From a virus, in the IMG/VR virus record IMGVR_UViG_3300044956_000431, positions 1 to 64,000 of that record: a stretch of DNA of 64,000 nt, one strand, 5' to 3'. Under the pieces are notes generated by a model, which was not told the origin of the DNA, ran no database searches, and worked only from the letters and a program-made list of their open reading frames with translations. The translations under genes and the position numbers were made by a program. Within the stretch, counting starts at the first letter, position 1. Each line of letters begins with the position of its first letter. Shown piece by piece: positions 9,177 to 18,329 of this stretch.

Positions 9177-9197
9177 TTATGTTGCAATGCAACATAA
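9177..9197. promoter_or_regulatory. palindromic operator, PhaR-box-like
   Basis: TTATGTTGCA-A-TGCAACATAA perfect inverted repeat upstream of the phasin gene. Confidence 0.55.
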
Positions 9198-9223
9198 ATT
9201 ATGCCCAGATTAAGGCATTTTGG

Positions 9224-10165
9224 TTATTTTAACCAAAGTGCTCTTTGTTGTTCAATTTCGCGGCGCCATGCTGTGGGATTGGTAAATCTTGTATCTAAAT
9301 CCATTAGCGCATCTTCTCTGCGTTGTCGATTGTCATCTGTGGCCATGGCACGATTGAGTTCGGTAGTGTACCAATCAACTACCGCTTTGTCAGTGCCGCG
9401 TGGCAACATAACACCCCAATGGTTCTCGTGTACATATCCCGGCAATGCTTCTCGGGCAAGACTAACAGTTTTGATTTTTTCAATACGGTTAGAACCTGTC
9501 TGTGCCACAAACTTTACTTTGCCGTCCAAGTATAAACCATAGGCAATGGGAGCAGACAATAGTGCAAAAGGTAAATGTCCGCCAGCAACATCTAATGCGG
9601 CTTGGTTTCCGCTTTTGTACGGAACAGAGATTGCTTGATGATCACGAACTCCAATTAAGTTGAACAAATGCTCAGTTGGAATCTTACCGCTGGTTCCGAT
9701 ACCGATTTTAATCTGACGACTGTCTTTGCGGAAGTATTCAACAAACTCCTTCATGTTGTTTACCAGAACGCCAGGATGTGCTATCAAAACAAAAGGTGCT
9801 TTGCCGATGCTGATGACCGGTGTATAATCGTCCAGACTATAGCGCATGGCCTGTTTATTGTAGAGTTCGCTGATGATAAATGTAGCGTCTATAGAGATTA
9901 CTTGTATGTGATGTCCATCATTGGGCATCTTAACAAACTCGTTGCTACCAAGTACAGTTTCAACTCCAGGGATGTGTTGGTTAATAAACTTTGCACGACC
10001 TTCGCGTTCTATCAAAGAAGCAGGAATACTAAAAGCACGTTCATTGCCCGACCCAGGGCCAATACCGTAGACTACTGTGATGGGTTTTGTAGGTTGCCAC
10101 TGCGCCAGTGCAAGGACTGGCAACAGTGACAATATTAGCGTAAAGAAATGTTTTTTCATGGTCAC
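9224..10165 (-). CDS. Bug/TctC tripartite tricarboxylate transporter substrate-binding protein
   Basis: Signal peptide, WQPTKPITVV, VPYKSGNQAALDVAGGH, WGVMLPRGT. Confidence 0.85.
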   Translation of the reverse strand: MTMKKHFFTLILSLLPVLALAQWQPTKPITVVYGIGPGSGNERAFSIPASLIEREGRAKFINQHIPGVETVLGSNEFVKMPNDGHHIQVISIDATFIISELYNKQAMRYSLDDYTPVISIGKAPFVLIAHPGVLVNNMKEFVEYFRKDSRQIKIGIGTSGKIPTEHLFNLIGVRDHQAISVPYKSGNQAALDVAGGHLPFALLSAPIAYGLYLDGKVKFVAQTGSNRIEKIKTVSLAREALPGYVHENHWGVMLPRGTDKAVVDWYTTELNRAMATDDNRQRREDALMDLDTRFTNPTAWRREIEQQRALWLK

Positions 10166-10180
10166 CTATAACTAAAAATA

Positions 10181-10876
10181 TTAGTTATAAGCGTTTTCCA
10201 TGAGCTGGCGACTTTCTTCAAGCATGCCTGTTTTGCTACATGTGATAGCAAAAAGATCGCGACGCATTTCGTTAATGATAGAAACCACACGTTGTTGATT
10301 CTGTTCATCACGGCAGAGCTTTTCCAACTTCAAACGACCAATGTCGCTGTGGAACTTTTCGTCTTTGGCAATTTTAGCGTAAGTGCTGGCAATAAATGGA
10401 TCTTCAATACATTGACTCATCATTGCCCAGTTACGTGCGGCACGGCCTTCGGCAACAAACTGATACAATGCCAACATTAGCTCATCTTCTTGAGCTTCGT
10501 ATTTGGCAATAAGACTTGCACCTTTTTGATGCAGTTTGTCTTTGTGTGTAGCAATAGCGGCTTCCATGTCAATCTTGTGACCCAACAAATGCTCAACTAC
10601 GTCACGCACCATGCGGAAGTGTTTGGCTTCGTCTAAGGCCTGCTTGGCCAGCATTTGAACTTCGTCTGGGTCAGCATCTTCGGGCATGTTGGCCACTTTG
10701 TTGCTGATTTCAACCATGTTCATACGCTCATTGACCATGCGACCAATAAAGTTATCCACCAACTCTTCTTGGCTTGGATTGCTGTCATAGTATGCTTTGA
10801 TTTGTAGTTCAGAAGCGCGAAAAAGTGCTTCATTGTCTTGTCCAAGTTTATGGACAAATTCTCTTGCTGATAGCAT
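10181..10876 (-). CDS. ferritin-like diiron-carboxylate protein
   Basis: E...DEAKH and E...DEKFH paired ExxH motifs. Confidence 0.75.
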   Translation of the reverse strand: MLSAREFVHKLGQDNEALFRASELQIKAYYDSNPSQEELVDNFIGRMVNERMNMVEISNKVANMPEDADPDEVQMLAKQALDEAKHFRMVRDVVEHLLGHKIDMEAAIATHKDKLHQKGASLIAKYEAQEDELMLALYQFVAEGRAARNWAMMSQCIEDPFIASTYAKIAKDEKFHSDIGRLKLEKLCRDEQNQQRVVSIINEMRRDLFAITCSKTGMLEESRQLMENAYN

Positions 10877-11010
10877 TGTGTCTGTTTCCTCTAATCAAGT
10901 TAGTTTCAACAGATGTTGAACCCTTCAACACCTGTAGTGTTGATAAGATTATTAACTTCTCCCATCAGACGCTTTTATTTAGTAAAAAAATATCCAAAGT
11001 TAAATACAGC

Positions 11011-11700
11011 ATGTTTTATCACTCTGGATACCCAAAATCCTGGAATACCCCTATACGACTCTATGCTATCTACGAGCACACTCACGACTGTTTTTTATAT
11101 GTTCATTACGATAAGAACTTGGTTAAAAAAGTCAAAAGTTTGTTGTCTAGCAAAACAATGACCTGGTTGTATGAACTGCGACTACCGGCAGATCAGTCGT
11201 TGACCCAAACCATAACCAATGCCAACGCCACGGACTATACTCTGCAGTCTGACGCCGTTAGGCCTGATCCTGTGTTCTATTTACACACGAGCACCAGGAT
11301 GGCAGCCACAATCAACTGCACAGTAAATATTCTTGGGGAAATATCTGGCCTAGAATACATGCCAAAGCTACATGATCCAGCACTGCAAACTCTACAGGAA
11401 TGGACTCAGTTTGTTGCATGGGTAATCAATGAAATACAAAACGATGAAATCTTTGATGATGAATTGATCACGCGAGCACTAATAGCAGACATCAACAACA
11501 ATAAATCGCAGATGTTAGACAATAACATGTATATGATTGCCAGTAAAATCTATAAAGTTCTTCTATTAGAACAAGACATCAAAGAAACCTGCTGTAAAAT
11601 TGGGCAGATTGCATTGCAAGCTCAGAACGCAAATAGTGTTGACGTAGGTCTTAGACCCTACAAAAACATAGCCAAACTCCGACATGATTCTGCGCCGTGA
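11011..11700 (+). CDS. hypothetical protein
   Basis: ORF with likely ATG at 11011; GTGA overlap with the PP-loop gene. Confidence 0.55.
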   Translation: MFYHSGYPKSWNTPIRLYAIYEHTHDCFLYVHYDKNLVKKVKSLLSSKTMTWLYELRLPADQSLTQTITNANATDYTLQSDAVRPDPVFYLHTSTRMAATINCTVNILGEISGLEYMPKLHDPALQTLQEWTQFVAWVINEIQNDEIFDDELITRALIADINNNKSQMLDNNMYMIASKIYKVLLLEQDIKETCCKIGQIALQAQNANSVDVGLRPYKNIAKLRHDSAP

Positions 11701-12857
11701 ATCTGTCCCTAATCCACTACCGTCATTTGGTTTCGGATCAGCTGAAGTCGTCCTGGCCCACTGCTCAACATGCCACAGATGTATGCATGGTCTCGGGCAT
11801 GGAGATCACTGCCAAGCGTAACTGGCTATTGCCTATGAGAGGCATCAACAACTTACCGTTTGAACCGTCATTGGTTCTTGATAGAATACAAAATCACATA
11901 CCAATTTCAGACTGCGAGCCTGACTACAGTACAACCTGGGCTAATGTCACGGATTCTTTGGCACCTGAACTCATTGCGCGTGCCAAGGCCAACAACAAAA
12001 AAATCATGTTGTCCTGGTCCGGTGGTGTGGATTCCACTGTTATTTTGATTGCCTTGTTGAAACATCTGTCTCACAGCGATCAAGATCTACTGACCATTGC
12101 CCTCACAAGATCTTCAATATTTGAAGCCAGTCAGATATATTTCAAATATGTGCATGGACAGTTTGCCATTGTGGACTTTGATCACTTTGTTGACAACTGC
12201 TCTCTAGACCAATATCAAAAATATATCCACGTCAACGGTGACCCTGCTGATCAACTGTGTATAGCTATAAACAGCACCAGTACGGCATTTTTGGAAGATA
12301 CCAGCTGGGGTCGACGATCTTTCAGAGATATTGGCCAGCTAGAAACTCTGCTGACTGACACATTCAATCAAGACATTGCCAAATGGCTGGCACCCAAGTT
12401 GATTGAAAACATTGAATCAACCACAGCTCCTATTGAATCCTGTTATCAAGCTGTTTGGTGGATATCATTTAACTATTTGTTCAGCGGTAGTGCCTGCGCT
12501 ACTTGGTGCCATACTTGGTGGCTCAAAGGCTTGCTGTTTGACCAATGGCTAGACCACCAGTTTTTTTGGTTTTGTGATTTGCGCTATCAACGCTGGGCCC
12601 TGGCCAACTGCGGTAGATATGATGTGCTGTTTGGGCCTAATATCAATCACTGGAAGTGGATGAGTAAACAATACATCGTAGACTACACCAAAGATCAGTT
12701 TTGGTTGAGATATAAAACAAAGATGTCGTCCAACAATAGACGTACACAACGATCCAACCCACCTTGGGTAGCATTGCATGGAAATCGTTTGCTGACATTG
12801 GAGCAAAATATTGACGAACTGAGTGAACTGTTGCCACAGTGCCTGCGTCAATCGTGA
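11697..12857 (+). CDS. PP-loop ATP pyrophosphatase (asparagine-synthetase-like, AANH superfamily)
   Basis: SWSGGVDS PP-loop, NGDPADQL motif. Confidence 0.7.
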   Translation: MNLSLIHYRHLVSDQLKSSWPTAQHATDVCMVSGMEITAKRNWLLPMRGINNLPFEPSLVLDRIQNHIPISDCEPDYSTTWANVTDSLAPELIARAKANNKKIMLSWSGGVDSTVILIALLKHLSHSDQDLLTIALTRSSIFEASQIYFKYVHGQFAIVDFDHFVDNCSLDQYQKYIHVNGDPADQLCIAINSTSTAFLEDTSWGRRSFRDIGQLETLLTDTFNQDIAKWLAPKLIENIESTTAPIESCYQAVWWISFNYLFSGSACATWCHTWWLKGLLFDQWLDHQFFWFCDLRYQRWALANCGRYDVLFGPNINHWKWMSKQYIVDYTKDQFWLRYKTKMSSNNRRTQRSNPPWVALHGNRLLTLEQNIDELSELLPQCLRQS

Positions 12858-13058
12858 CTATCTATTGACTTCTAGTGCAGATTTCCCTAGTTGTACACTG
12901 AGTGGTAGACTGGGATCTATCATGGTCATTATGACGTGATTTAACCAAGGTGGAGGCGATGCAAAAAACCCACGCCATTGTTCCGCTAACCAGATTATCA
13001 CAGACACTGCCACGGTGATTGTAAGCATCCATAAAAAATGTTTTTTTGTCAGTTTCAT
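12858..13058 (-). CDS. small membrane protein
   Basis: N-terminal hydrophobic helix. Confidence 0.45.
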   Translation of the reverse strand: MKLTKKHFLWMLTITVAVSVIIWLAEQWRGFFASPPPWLNHVIMTMIDPSLPLSVQLGKSALEVNR

Positions 13059-13126
13059 TGCTTCCTATTTAGGCTGAGGTTTTGTCAGGCAGTGTAAATA
13101 ACTAACACAACATATAGGAGAGTGTA

Positions 13127-13375
13127 ATGTTAATGTTTCTAAAAAAGTTTTTTGGTGAAAGACCCACTGTATCGCCTTGCCCTGAAGCACCATACAAAAT
13201 AGAAAATCCAGTGGTCATACCCGAAACCACTGTAGCTGCGGTACCTTTGACCACACAGCATGTGCAATCACCATCTGAAGAAGCCAAAGCTGCGGTCAAG
13301 AAAAAGCCAGCCGCTCGTAAGCCTGCTGGCAAAAAGAAACCCACTGCGCGAGCTAGAACTAAAAAATCATCCTAA
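13127..13375 (+). CDS. small protein with a Lys/Ala/Pro-rich histone-like tail
   Basis: KAAVKKKPAARKPAGKKKP; AGGAG RBS and TAAATA upstream. Confidence 0.65.
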   Translation: MLMFLKKFFGERPTVSPCPEAPYKIENPVVIPETTVAAVPLTTQHVQSPSEEAKAAVKKKPAARKPAGKKKPTARARTKKSS

Positions 13376-13646
13376 TCAATCCAATACTGTCAATGGTTGT
13401 TAGCAGGATATAGTTAGCCAACATGCCAAATGATTTCCTAGTGTAACTAGCCCAAGCATACATAGCACAACCACTAATCCAAATGGGATAAAGCACAAGC
13501 AAAGGAGGGTTGGGTACAGTGACTGCCATTGTAATAGCACAGCCAATGCTAATAGCCCAAGCCAACAACTCAACAACAAAACGAAAAGGATTAGAATGCC
13601 AATCATCTTGTATCCATTCTAGTGTGGGTCGAAATATATCAATCAT
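13359..13646 (-). CDS. small multi-pass membrane protein
   Basis: Three hydrophobic segments; start overlaps the uvsE stop. Confidence 0.65.
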   Translation of the reverse strand: MIDIFRPTLEWIQDDWHSNPFRFVVELLAWAISIGCAITMAVTVPNPPLLVLYPIWISGCAMYAWASYTRKSFGMLANYILLTTIDSIGLIRMIF

Positions 13647-14671
13647 AAAATCTCGATGGAGTTGACAAAACCATCGCGAGCAAGATTTTTGCCCTTGGCT
13701 TCGCACTGTATGTCAAACTGCGCACCAAAACTGCCCGCCCACTCGTTTACAGCTTGATTCCAATAGAAGTCTGAGTGGGCACGGAGTTGCTGTTTCTTAT
13801 GACCTCGTGCAAGAAGTCCAGCAAGATCTGGGCGAACTCGGGTATCATGACCAACAAGAATATCTTCGCGACTAACACTGTAATGCATAGCAGGGCGACA
13901 ACCACGCCAAGACTCAACCACACGCTGAACACGACTGTCTGTTGGGGAGATGTATTCTCCTGTTTTGACCCAATGATGATGAATGTCCAGCACAAGAGCC
14001 ACGTTATCAGCCACAAGCAGAGTAAGGTCTAAGCCATTTGATATCTCGTCGTTTTCAATAGTTATGAGGTTGCGAGCCTCGGGCGATAGTTTGCCAAGAC
14101 TGCGTAGGAACTTTTCAGGACCGCCTTTGCCTGACAAGTGTACATTGATCTTAAAACCATGATCATGCCATGAGCTGCCATAACCCATCCAACGAGCCAT
14201 GTCCGCATGATATTCAAACTCCAAAATAGAGCGTTCCACAATGCCATCATTTTCAGAAGCCAGTACACAAAACTGCCCTGGATGGAAACTCAGTCGTACG
14301 CCCAGCTCTCTAGCACAAGCTCCCACAGGAGCAAAGATTTTTTCAAGATGTCGCTGGATGTCGGCCTGTTGCCACCAATCGATCCAGTTGGGTTCTGTAT
14401 AGCCCTGTAGCATTTCTGAACCCAAGCGTACCATGCGGAGATGTTCGGGCAAAGCACCCACTCGTTCAACCATCATCAATGCGGCACGAGCATTGTGATT
14501 CATGATATCCCATTGACGCTGTTCAGCCTGATCTTTGTGCTCGCGGAGCCAGCGCATAGTAGTTGATCGGCCGTTGATATCACGGTCCTTGGCATTGACT
14601 TTCATGCCACCAGTTTCACTGGAGTCATTGAGCCATTTGCAACAGAAACCAAAACGAGTGTGTGTAGTCAT
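13643..14671 (-). CDS. uvsE: UV damage endonuclease (UVDE)
   Basis: RLSFHPGQF, INVH, TIENDE, LDIHHH, RAHSD, EAKGKN motifs. Confidence 0.9.
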   Translation of the reverse strand: MTTHTRFGFCCKWLNDSSETGGMKVNAKDRDINGRSTTMRWLREHKDQAEQRQWDIMNHNARAALMMVERVGALPEHLRMVRLGSEMLQGYTEPNWIDWWQQADIQRHLEKIFAPVGACARELGVRLSFHPGQFCVLASENDGIVERSILEFEYHADMARWMGYGSSWHDHGFKINVHLSGKGGPEKFLRSLGKLSPEARNLITIENDEISNGLDLTLLVADNVALVLDIHHHWVKTGEYISPTDSRVQRVVESWRGCRPAMHYSVSREDILVGHDTRVRPDLAGLLARGHKKQQLRAHSDFYWNQAVNEWAGSFGAQFDIQCEAKGKNLARDGFVNSIEIL

Positions 14672-14677
14672 AGTGTT

Positions 14678-14707
14678 ATTGTACAGCTCTTTTTGTTTTG
14701 TTGTCAA
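14678..14707 (-). promoter_or_regulatory. sigma70 promoter giving a probably leaderless uvsE mRNA
   Basis: TTGACA-18 bp-TACAAT, 6 nt before the ATG. Confidence 0.55.
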
Positions 14708-14754
14708 GATTTACCTTGTTTGGACTAAATACCTATATCAAAAGGAGTCCAAAT

Positions 14755-15060
14755 ATGGCAATTTACAGCAGATCAACCTTTAACTACAGTGCTTCGCAAG
14801 CAATCAAAGATCAGATGACAGCTGGTATTGCTCCAATCATACAGCCTTATGTCACTGCTGGAGTTTGTTTAACTGATTTTACTCATACACCAGCACTACC
14901 AGATGGCAAATATCCACCAGCCACGGGTGAATATATGGCTCAACGAAGCTGGACAGATCTGGGTCAGGCACAGACTTGTATTGCGGCAGTCAATGCTTGG
15001 TTAGATGCCAATCCTGAATGTAAAGCCTACAACTACGGCCCAACAGTGGTACAAGTTTAA
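14755..15060 (+). CDS. hypothetical late protein
   Basis: CTAAATA late promoter and AAGGAG RBS upstream of ATG 14755. Confidence 0.65.
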   Translation: MAIYSRSTFNYSASQAIKDQMTAGIAPIIQPYVTAGVCLTDFTHTPALPDGKYPPATGEYMAQRSWTDLGQAQTCIAAVNAWLDANPECKAYNYGPTVVQV

Positions 15061-15063
15061 CAG

Positions 15064-15609
15064 TTACTTCAACAACTGTATCACGCTGTCAAAACTATCT
15101 TTTGTTAGATTTGGCATCGTTATTTTTTTGGTCACAGCATTTGGATGATCTATCAGTATCCACTGTGTGTTTGGGTAAGTGCTTAGAGTGGCACGAAAGG
15201 CATTGATATAGTTCAATCGTTTGTGTGTTTCAAATTTGTCAGTGTATTCTTTATCAGACAAATCAAAACCCAATAACAACACCAAATCGTTGTGTTCGGC
15301 TACCAAATGCATAGCAATAATTTCTTCTGGCCTGTCTAGTTCACCCGGGAAGTCACCTTCATAAAGATTTACCTTGAGTGGTCTGCCTAATGCGGCATAG
15401 TTTTTTTTGGCAGTGTAAAAGTTGCAAACGGAATGAAATGCTCGTTGAATAAGTTCTTGTGCCTTGCCAGCATTGTCACACAATACATTATCGGTATTCC
15501 AGGCTCGCCAGGTTTTCCAGCTTCCCCAACTGGGTGCGATATCTTTGAGTTGTTCAGCTGTGGTATGTGTGCTGGCAAACTCTTCACCGATGACCCAACA
15601 AACTCTCAT
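15064..15609 (-). CDS. hypothetical protein (possible MptE/Maf-like Rossmann domain)
   Basis: CWVIG N-terminus, LLLGFDL motif. Confidence 0.55.
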   Translation of the reverse strand: MRVCWVIGEEFASTHTTAEQLKDIAPSWGSWKTWRAWNTDNVLCDNAGKAQELIQRAFHSVCNFYTAKKNYAALGRPLKVNLYEGDFPGELDRPEEIIAMHLVAEHNDLVLLLGFDLSDKEYTDKFETHKRLNYINAFRATLSTYPNTQWILIDHPNAVTKKITMPNLTKDSFDSVIQLLK

Positions 15610-16902
15610 TTATTTGGCTCGCAGAGCTTGCCAACGGAAAGCACCAAGACATATCCAGGCAAAAACTCCCTCAGCAGTGGTGTTGACGTTGAACACTATG
15701 TCGCCTTTGGTACCGCTGTATCCTGGAGTTTCAGCTGACCAAGATATAGTGTTACGTCCAATGCGGAGTCGTTGCACGGTGGTCAACCCATCGCCATCTA
15801 TCTCAATATGATTCTGACGATTGGTACCCAGTACCAACTGACCTTTACGACCAGTGCCAACAAAGGCTGTGTTCTTGCTGAGCTTGCCCATGCTTACATT
15901 GACTTCTTCATCCCATACACTCAGTGCTGAATCAGGATCTTCTGTGTTGATACCTACTCGTCCGCGAGTGACTGTGACAGTGTCTCGCAAACTCACGTTG
16001 CCATCTACTTGCAAACTTTCCAAGGCTCCCACTGACACAAGATTGCTGTGTTTGATGCCCGAACTTAATGCGCCACCAGACACCAATGGCCAACCGTCAA
16101 CTGAAACGTCTTGCAGATTGATACCACGTCGAATGCTTGTCAGCATGGAGTCAGTGAGCTCTTTGGCAAAATCTTGTTTGATACGATCATAAGTTATGGC
16201 ACCTACATGGTCACTGAGTTCTTGCCAGCTTTTGTTGTCCACAGCGATCTTTCCTTGCACACCGAAATTTCCTTTGACCAGTAAACTTCCGTTGAGTGTG
16301 GTGTTGCGTTCCACCGAAAGATCTTGAGTGACTGTTTCGCCTTCTATCACAACCACTCCGTCCATAACAGTGAGCTGTGTAGTAAGGGCACGATCTGCTA
16401 TGCCTTGACTGGTGAAATTTTTAACCAGTTCATTTACAAGATGATCTTTGTTTTGTAACACTGCTTGAGCCAGTGCCTGATTGAGATCCACCTCTCGCAG
16501 CCTAGATCGTACTCGATCTTCTGTGCGTTGCGCTATCAAATTTTCTATCTTGGTTACCCACGCAGGATCTATGCTGAGAGCATCAATAGTTTGTTCTACA
16601 AACTTTTCCACGCCCAGATCCACTGCTTGCCGAATACGAGGTTGATCCACATAGTTGGCTAAATCAGGTACAAATCCATTGGCAAACATTTCACCAACTC
16701 GCTGTTCCACTGTGGCTACCAGGTCGGGCAAAGTGCCAATATTGCTGAATCGTGCCGTGATACGGTCTTGAACAAATCCTACGATTTGTTTTTCAAGGTC
16801 TTCTATCCAGGCTGTTTGGCTCACTGCCTGTTGCACCTGTTGCGCTACTGCGGTTCGTATTTCTTGTTCTACCAGCTGAGCTAGTTGTTGTGCGTCAAGC
16901 AT
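15610..16902 (-). CDS. hypothetical protein: coiled-coil N-terminus and fiber-like beta-rich C-terminus
   Basis: GRVGINTEDP, GTKGDIVFN...WICLG motifs typical of fiber/virion proteins. Confidence 0.55.
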   Translation of the reverse strand: MLDAQQLAQLVEQEIRTAVAQQVQQAVSQTAWIEDLEKQIVGFVQDRITARFSNIGTLPDLVATVEQRVGEMFANGFVPDLANYVDQPRIRQAVDLGVEKFVEQTIDALSIDPAWVTKIENLIAQRTEDRVRSRLREVDLNQALAQAVLQNKDHLVNELVKNFTSQGIADRALTTQLTVMDGVVVIEGETVTQDLSVERNTTLNGSLLVKGNFGVQGKIAVDNKSWQELSDHVGAITYDRIKQDFAKELTDSMLTSIRRGINLQDVSVDGWPLVSGGALSSGIKHSNLVSVGALESLQVDGNVSLRDTVTVTRGRVGINTEDPDSALSVWDEEVNVSMGKLSKNTAFVGTGRKGQLVLGTNRQNHIEIDGDGLTTVQRLRIGRNTISWSAETPGYSGTKGDIVFNVNTTAEGVFAWICLGAFRWQALRAK

Positions 16903-17815
16903 GTTGTCTCCATAGATCCAAAGTAACACAGTGAAATCCTCCGCCTAGTGTGCGGCTGTGACTGAGCTTATGAGGTATAACAGTTATACCGTACCTTTCA
17001 ATCTCTCTTCTCAAAACCGTCTGGTCTTGATCCATGATCACAGTGTTGGGGTCCACTACCAACATATTTAACGCAATCCACTTTGAAGCAAAGGGGTATT
17101 GATAAAACCCTTGTTCTTCAACATTATCCACATACAAAACCTCCCAGTTTTTCAATGCTTTGGGCAAGGTATCGGGGGTGACACGAGCCGCATTGACCAG
17201 AACCAGGCCTTCACGCAAGGGTGTTATTGTTGAATCAATATGTACTCCTGCATAGAAGTTACAAAGTTCTATGGTAACATTGGGAAACTGATCACACAAC
17301 CATTCATAGGCTTTACGATTGCCTGATGCGCTTTCCAAATACAACCAGGTGTCTCCTAGTCTGCAGATATTGGCTGCATCTAAAATCATGCCTTCGTTCC
17401 TGGGCATGTGTAGATAGCGTTCACAAGCGTAAACTATGTTATAGTACGCAGCCAACTCCATGTCTCTGCAAGGATACAACATGGCTGGATCTACAATGCT
17501 AGTTCCTGCTACCAACAGTCGATCTCTTGGGCAATAGTTGTACATACCGCCTAACTTAACAAAGTTTATTTCTGTAGGACGATGTACTTCAACTCCTAAA
17601 TCAGTGAGTTTGTGAGCCAACTCATCTAGTTCAGCTTCGGCTTGGTCAACAATCCAAGCAGGCACAGGACCAGCAGGTACAGGTGTTTCTTTCCACAGAG
17701 TTTTTTTACTTTCCAGCGCAAACACAGGATCTTGTGTAGGCCAGTTGGCATGTTTGGCACTGCCAACTACTATGCTTCGCAGTGGGTCCCACTCGTTATA
17801 GGAATGGATCTTCAA
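16895..17815 (-). CDS. amidinotransferase (glycine/inosamine-phosphate amidinotransferase family)
   Basis: SYNEWDPL, CPRD, DAAN, HIDST, GGGFHCVT catalytic Cys. Confidence 0.88.
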   Translation of the reverse strand: MKIHSYNEWDPLRSIVVGSAKHANWPTQDPVFALESKKTLWKETPVPAGPVPAWIVDQAEAELDELAHKLTDLGVEVHRPTEINFVKLGGMYNYCPRDRLLVAGTSIVDPAMLYPCRDMELAAYYNIVYACERYLHMPRNEGMILDAANICRLGDTWLYLESASGNRKAYEWLCDQFPNVTIELCNFYAGVHIDSTITPLREGLVLVNAARVTPDTLPKALKNWEVLYVDNVEEQGFYQYPFASKWIALNMLVVDPNTVIMDQDQTVLRREIERYGITVIPHKLSHSRTLGGGFHCVTLDLWRQHA

Positions 17816-18329
17816 TAGGTACTCCTGTGATTTGTAGTGTGTATCTGTCGGTCATTCCGTTGTTTGCTGCAAGATGTTTGACATCATTTTGCCAAATGTA
17901 TACATCACCAGCAATCCATTTTGTCATTGGGTTGCCGTCAACTTCAAGATAGTGTCCACTTTGCCAATCCTCTAACATTACGATAGCCCGATATATTGAA
18001 TCGTCGTCTGTGATGTTGTAGAGTTTCTTAAATCTTGCATAGGTGTCGGAGTGATTGGGCAAAACTGTTCCTGGAGGCATGCGATACACGGACCAAGAAA
18101 AATGCTGCCAGGGAAAGTGAAATCTAAACTGTGCAATCCAAGCTGGTTCGGGATTACGCATGTCATACATGTCGCCTGTGAATTTGGTTTGAGTATAACC
18201 TAGTTTTCTCCATAACTCCAAGCTGTCAGGATCATTAAATGGCTCGTTGGTATAGGGCAAGTCTCTATGATTCACCCACCAAGATTCAATCCAGGTCTTA
18301 CTCCATTTAGTTTTTTCTTGTGTTACCAT
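17796..18329 (-). CDS. cupin/2OG-Fe(II) oxygenase-like protein
   Basis: HSD...H facial triad and RYTLQITG. Confidence 0.7.
   Translation of the reverse strand: MVTQEKTKWSKTWIESWWVNHRDLPYTNEPFNDPDSLELWRKLGYTQTKFTGDMYDMRNPEPAWIAQFRFHFPWQHFSWSVYRMPPGTVLPNHSDTYARFKKLYNITDDDSIYRAIVMLEDWQSGHYLEVDGNPMTKWIAGDVYIWQNDVKHLAANNGMTDRYTLQITGVPIEDPFL

Noticed and set aside
11697-13058. Lasso peptide cluster
   Set aside because: The PP-loop enzyme is present, but no recognisable B peptidase, RRE or precursor peptide lies nearby.
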